DNA of 40,980 bases from Niabella sp. (GTDB lineage Bacteria; Bacteroidota; Bacteroidia; Chitinophagales; Chitinophagaceae). The DNA is taken from contig JBDHYK010000001.1 in NCBI GenBank assembly GCA_039811305.1, positions 1-40,980 on the forward strand, read 5' to 3'. Position 1 is the first letter of the stretch; each line of letters starts with the position of its first letter. The notes under the pieces were generated by a model. That model did not search any database. It was not told the origin of the DNA and worked only from the letters and a program-made list of their open reading frames with translations. Positions 40,897 through 40,980 of the stretch are shown here, in pieces. Position numbers and translations under genes: made by a program.

Positions 40897-40980
40897 ATGA
40901 ACGAACAGAAAAAGATAGACAAAATGCCAACGCTTCAGCAAAATCAAAAGAGCTGCATCCACACACTCAAAGCCAACACA
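40897..40980 (+). CDS. Hypothetical protein, 5' fragment, runs off the right edge
   Basis: ATG 40897, open for 28 codons (MNEQKKIDKMPTLQQNQKSCIHTLKANT), downstream of a promoter. Confidence 0.4.
   Translation, partial: MNEQKKIDKMPTLQQNQKSCIHTLKANT

Overview
A 41-kb stretch of mostly core chromosome from a Bacteroidota genome, probably Chitinophagaceae-like. That placement is inferred from the FtsZ/FtsQ tails, the fused LpxC-FabZ and the TAnnTTTG promoters. Left edge: the 5' part of a tyrosine integrase (missed by the ORF track) just past the 3' end of mnmE, with five GGCAACAAA direct repeats and IHF-like sites between them. This looks like the boundary of a genomic island integrated at mnmE. 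Next come a stand-alone lipoprotein with clan GH-A catalytic motifs, truB, an Omp85 protein, a TrmH methyltransferase, accD, smpB, a DUF3810-like protein, a GNAT, a small isolated transcription unit and a TIGR01777-type epimerase. The dcw cluster follows on the minus strand (mraZ-rsmH-ftsL-ftsI-murE-mraY-murD-ftsW-murG-murC-ftsQ-ftsA-ftsZ). Its upstream region carries MraZ boxes and a cluster of DnaA boxes. To the right are queA, an orphan histidine kinase, yqgE/algH, a DUF4197-like lipoprotein, an HD protein, lpxD, lpxC-fabZ (no lpxA after it) and gyrB. Right edge: a frameshifted, truncated remnant resembling the N-terminus of an integron-integrase-like recombinase. It is divergent from a promoter, a GTT site and an ORF that runs off the window, so it may be a decayed integron-like platform. 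All protein assignments come from motif recognition by eye; no database searches were run.
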